A stretch of DNA of 17,213 nucleotides. It comes from Thermoproteota archaeon. GTDB taxonomy: Archaea; Korarchaeota; Korarchaeia; Korarchaeales; JAOZGB01. Positions 16,474-17,213 of this stretch are shown here, in pieces. Location: contig JAVCBU010000018.1 of NCBI GenBank assembly GCA_037917685.1, positions 1 through 17,213 on the forward strand, given 5' to 3'. Each line of letters starts with the position of its first letter. Positions within the stretch are counted from its first letter, which is position 1. Below the pieces are notes generated by a model. The model saw nothing but the letters and a program-made list of their open reading frames with translations, was not told where the DNA came from and searched no databases. Both the position numbers and the translations under genes were made by a program.

Positions 16474-16647
16474 CTAATAGGCCCGGGATCTTGCTCCAAC
16501 TATAATCAATAGTACGATCAGGAAGATCGATGCCGAGACAACCAGCAGCAGGCGTATTGGAGGCTTAAATACGTAGATCACCCAGATCAGTAGCAGGCTT
16601 GCCAGGAACAAAATGATTATTGATAGTAGGTCGCTAGCTTTAACCAC
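16474..16647 (-). CDS. Small two-TM helical hairpin membrane protein, 57 aa (missed by the ORF track)
   Basis: GTG start. MVKASDLLSIIILFLASLLLIWVIYVFKPPIRLLLVVSASIFLIVLLIIVGARSRAY has two TM helices, a KPP turn and a basic tail. Confidence 0.65.
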   Translation of the reverse strand: MVKASDLLSIIILFLASLLLIWVIYVFKPPIRLLLVVSASIFLIVLLIIVGARSRAY

Positions 16648-16923
16648 ACTAATAATGCCTTTTAAGCTGGTATTTATTCCTTTCTATAACATTTGTAGGC
16701 ATGTTGAACCCGTAATCACATGAATCAATAGGATAATCCTTGTTTTAAGAGTCTTATCTAAGCAGCGACAGAGGGTTACGGCGATGCATACATAGCTATA
16801 CTGCATTTACACATGGTATGGTAGTATAATATACTTTGAAGCACTCTTAACTATATTAACATTTCCTTAAATTTGAAGGGTAAAATTTAACACATTCCTA
16901 GGTGTCTATTTAATGGCAATTTT

Positions 16924-17082
16924 ATGTGTGAGAAAGGAAGGGTTAAAGATAGCATTAGGAGGCTTTCAAAGCTTTTAGAGGAGGGAAGGGTTAATATAAG
17001 GCCTGAGGATTTAGAGCTCTTAGAGGAGGCAAACGTGGAGTACGAGAAGATAAGGGGTTCCCAGAAGGAGGGGACAGTATAG
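16924..17082 (+). CDS. Small charged helical hypothetical protein, 52 aa (missed by the ORF track)
   Basis: MCEKGRVKDSIRRLSKLLEEGRVNIRPEDLELLEEANVEYEKIRGSQKEGTV uses host-like GAG/AGG/AAG codons and has an AT-rich promoter-like region upstream. Confidence 0.55.
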   Translation: MCEKGRVKDSIRRLSKLLEEGRVNIRPEDLELLEEANVEYEKIRGSQKEGTV

Positions 17083-17100
17083 CCTGTATCAATGTTAAAT

Positions 17101-17211
17101 TTATTTTTCTAATTTTACAAACCACCAGAAAGCTATAGGATCGAACTCTACAATATACACTTTGTATTTTTCCCAATGGTAGCCATCATTCCAATCATGC
17201 GTATACAATTC
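17101..17211 (-). CDS. Probable 3' end of a gene running in from beyond the window
   Basis: The frame is open to the window edge and reads ...ELYTHDWNDGYHWEKYKVYIVEFDPIAFWWFVKLEK*. No family was recognised. Confidence 0.4.
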   Translation of the reverse strand, partial: ELYTHDWNDGYHWEKYKVYIVEFDPIAFWWFVKLEK

Positions 17212-17213
17212 AC

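Noticed and set aside
16991-17176. 61-aa minus-strand ORF from the track
   Set aside because: It is antisense to the more plausible 16924-17082 ORF and out of frame with the edge ORF.
1-17213. CRISPR array, tRNA, rRNA
   Set aside because: No regularly spaced direct repeats or structural-RNA signatures were seen by eye.

Overview
Archaeal chromosomal window, probably a thermophilic TACK-type lineage such as Bathyarchaeia or Thermoprotei. This is inferred from TATA/BRE promoters, leaderless starts, GGTGA/GGAGGTG Shine-Dalgarno sites, AGG/ATA-rich codons and RIO2. The left ~9 kb looks like an accessory region. It holds a vapBC toxin-antitoxin pair and a translationally coupled three-gene minus-strand operon. 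The operon encodes a 762-aa secreted protein with a Pro/Thr linker and six FG-GAP-like repeats, a 1016-aa secreted CARDB-PKD-C39-like peptidase-amphipathic helix-DUF5648-like protein, and a Yip1 membrane protein. It is flanked by gene remnants: a possible QueG-like Fe-S fragment, a COG1751/PK_C-like fragment, a possible IS200/IS605 right end and a nonsense-interrupted glycoside-hydrolase-like gene. A C45 Ntn-hydrolase follows. The right part is more housekeeping-like: feoB with a DtxR-type operator, an unannotated 54-aa RHH protein, a divergent RIO2 kinase, a decayed DUF3782/PD-(D/E)XK pseudogene, an M18 aminopeptidase, a PPC/DUF296 protein, a membrane protein, a tRNA-binding OB-fold protein and two small unannotated ORFs. 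The best candidate for a new system is the three-gene operon, whose largest protein has a catalytic-membrane-inserting-receptor-binding (AB-toxin-like) layout. That role is inference only. No rRNA, tRNA, CRISPR array or intact transposase was seen. All family calls come from motif recognition by eye, not database searches.
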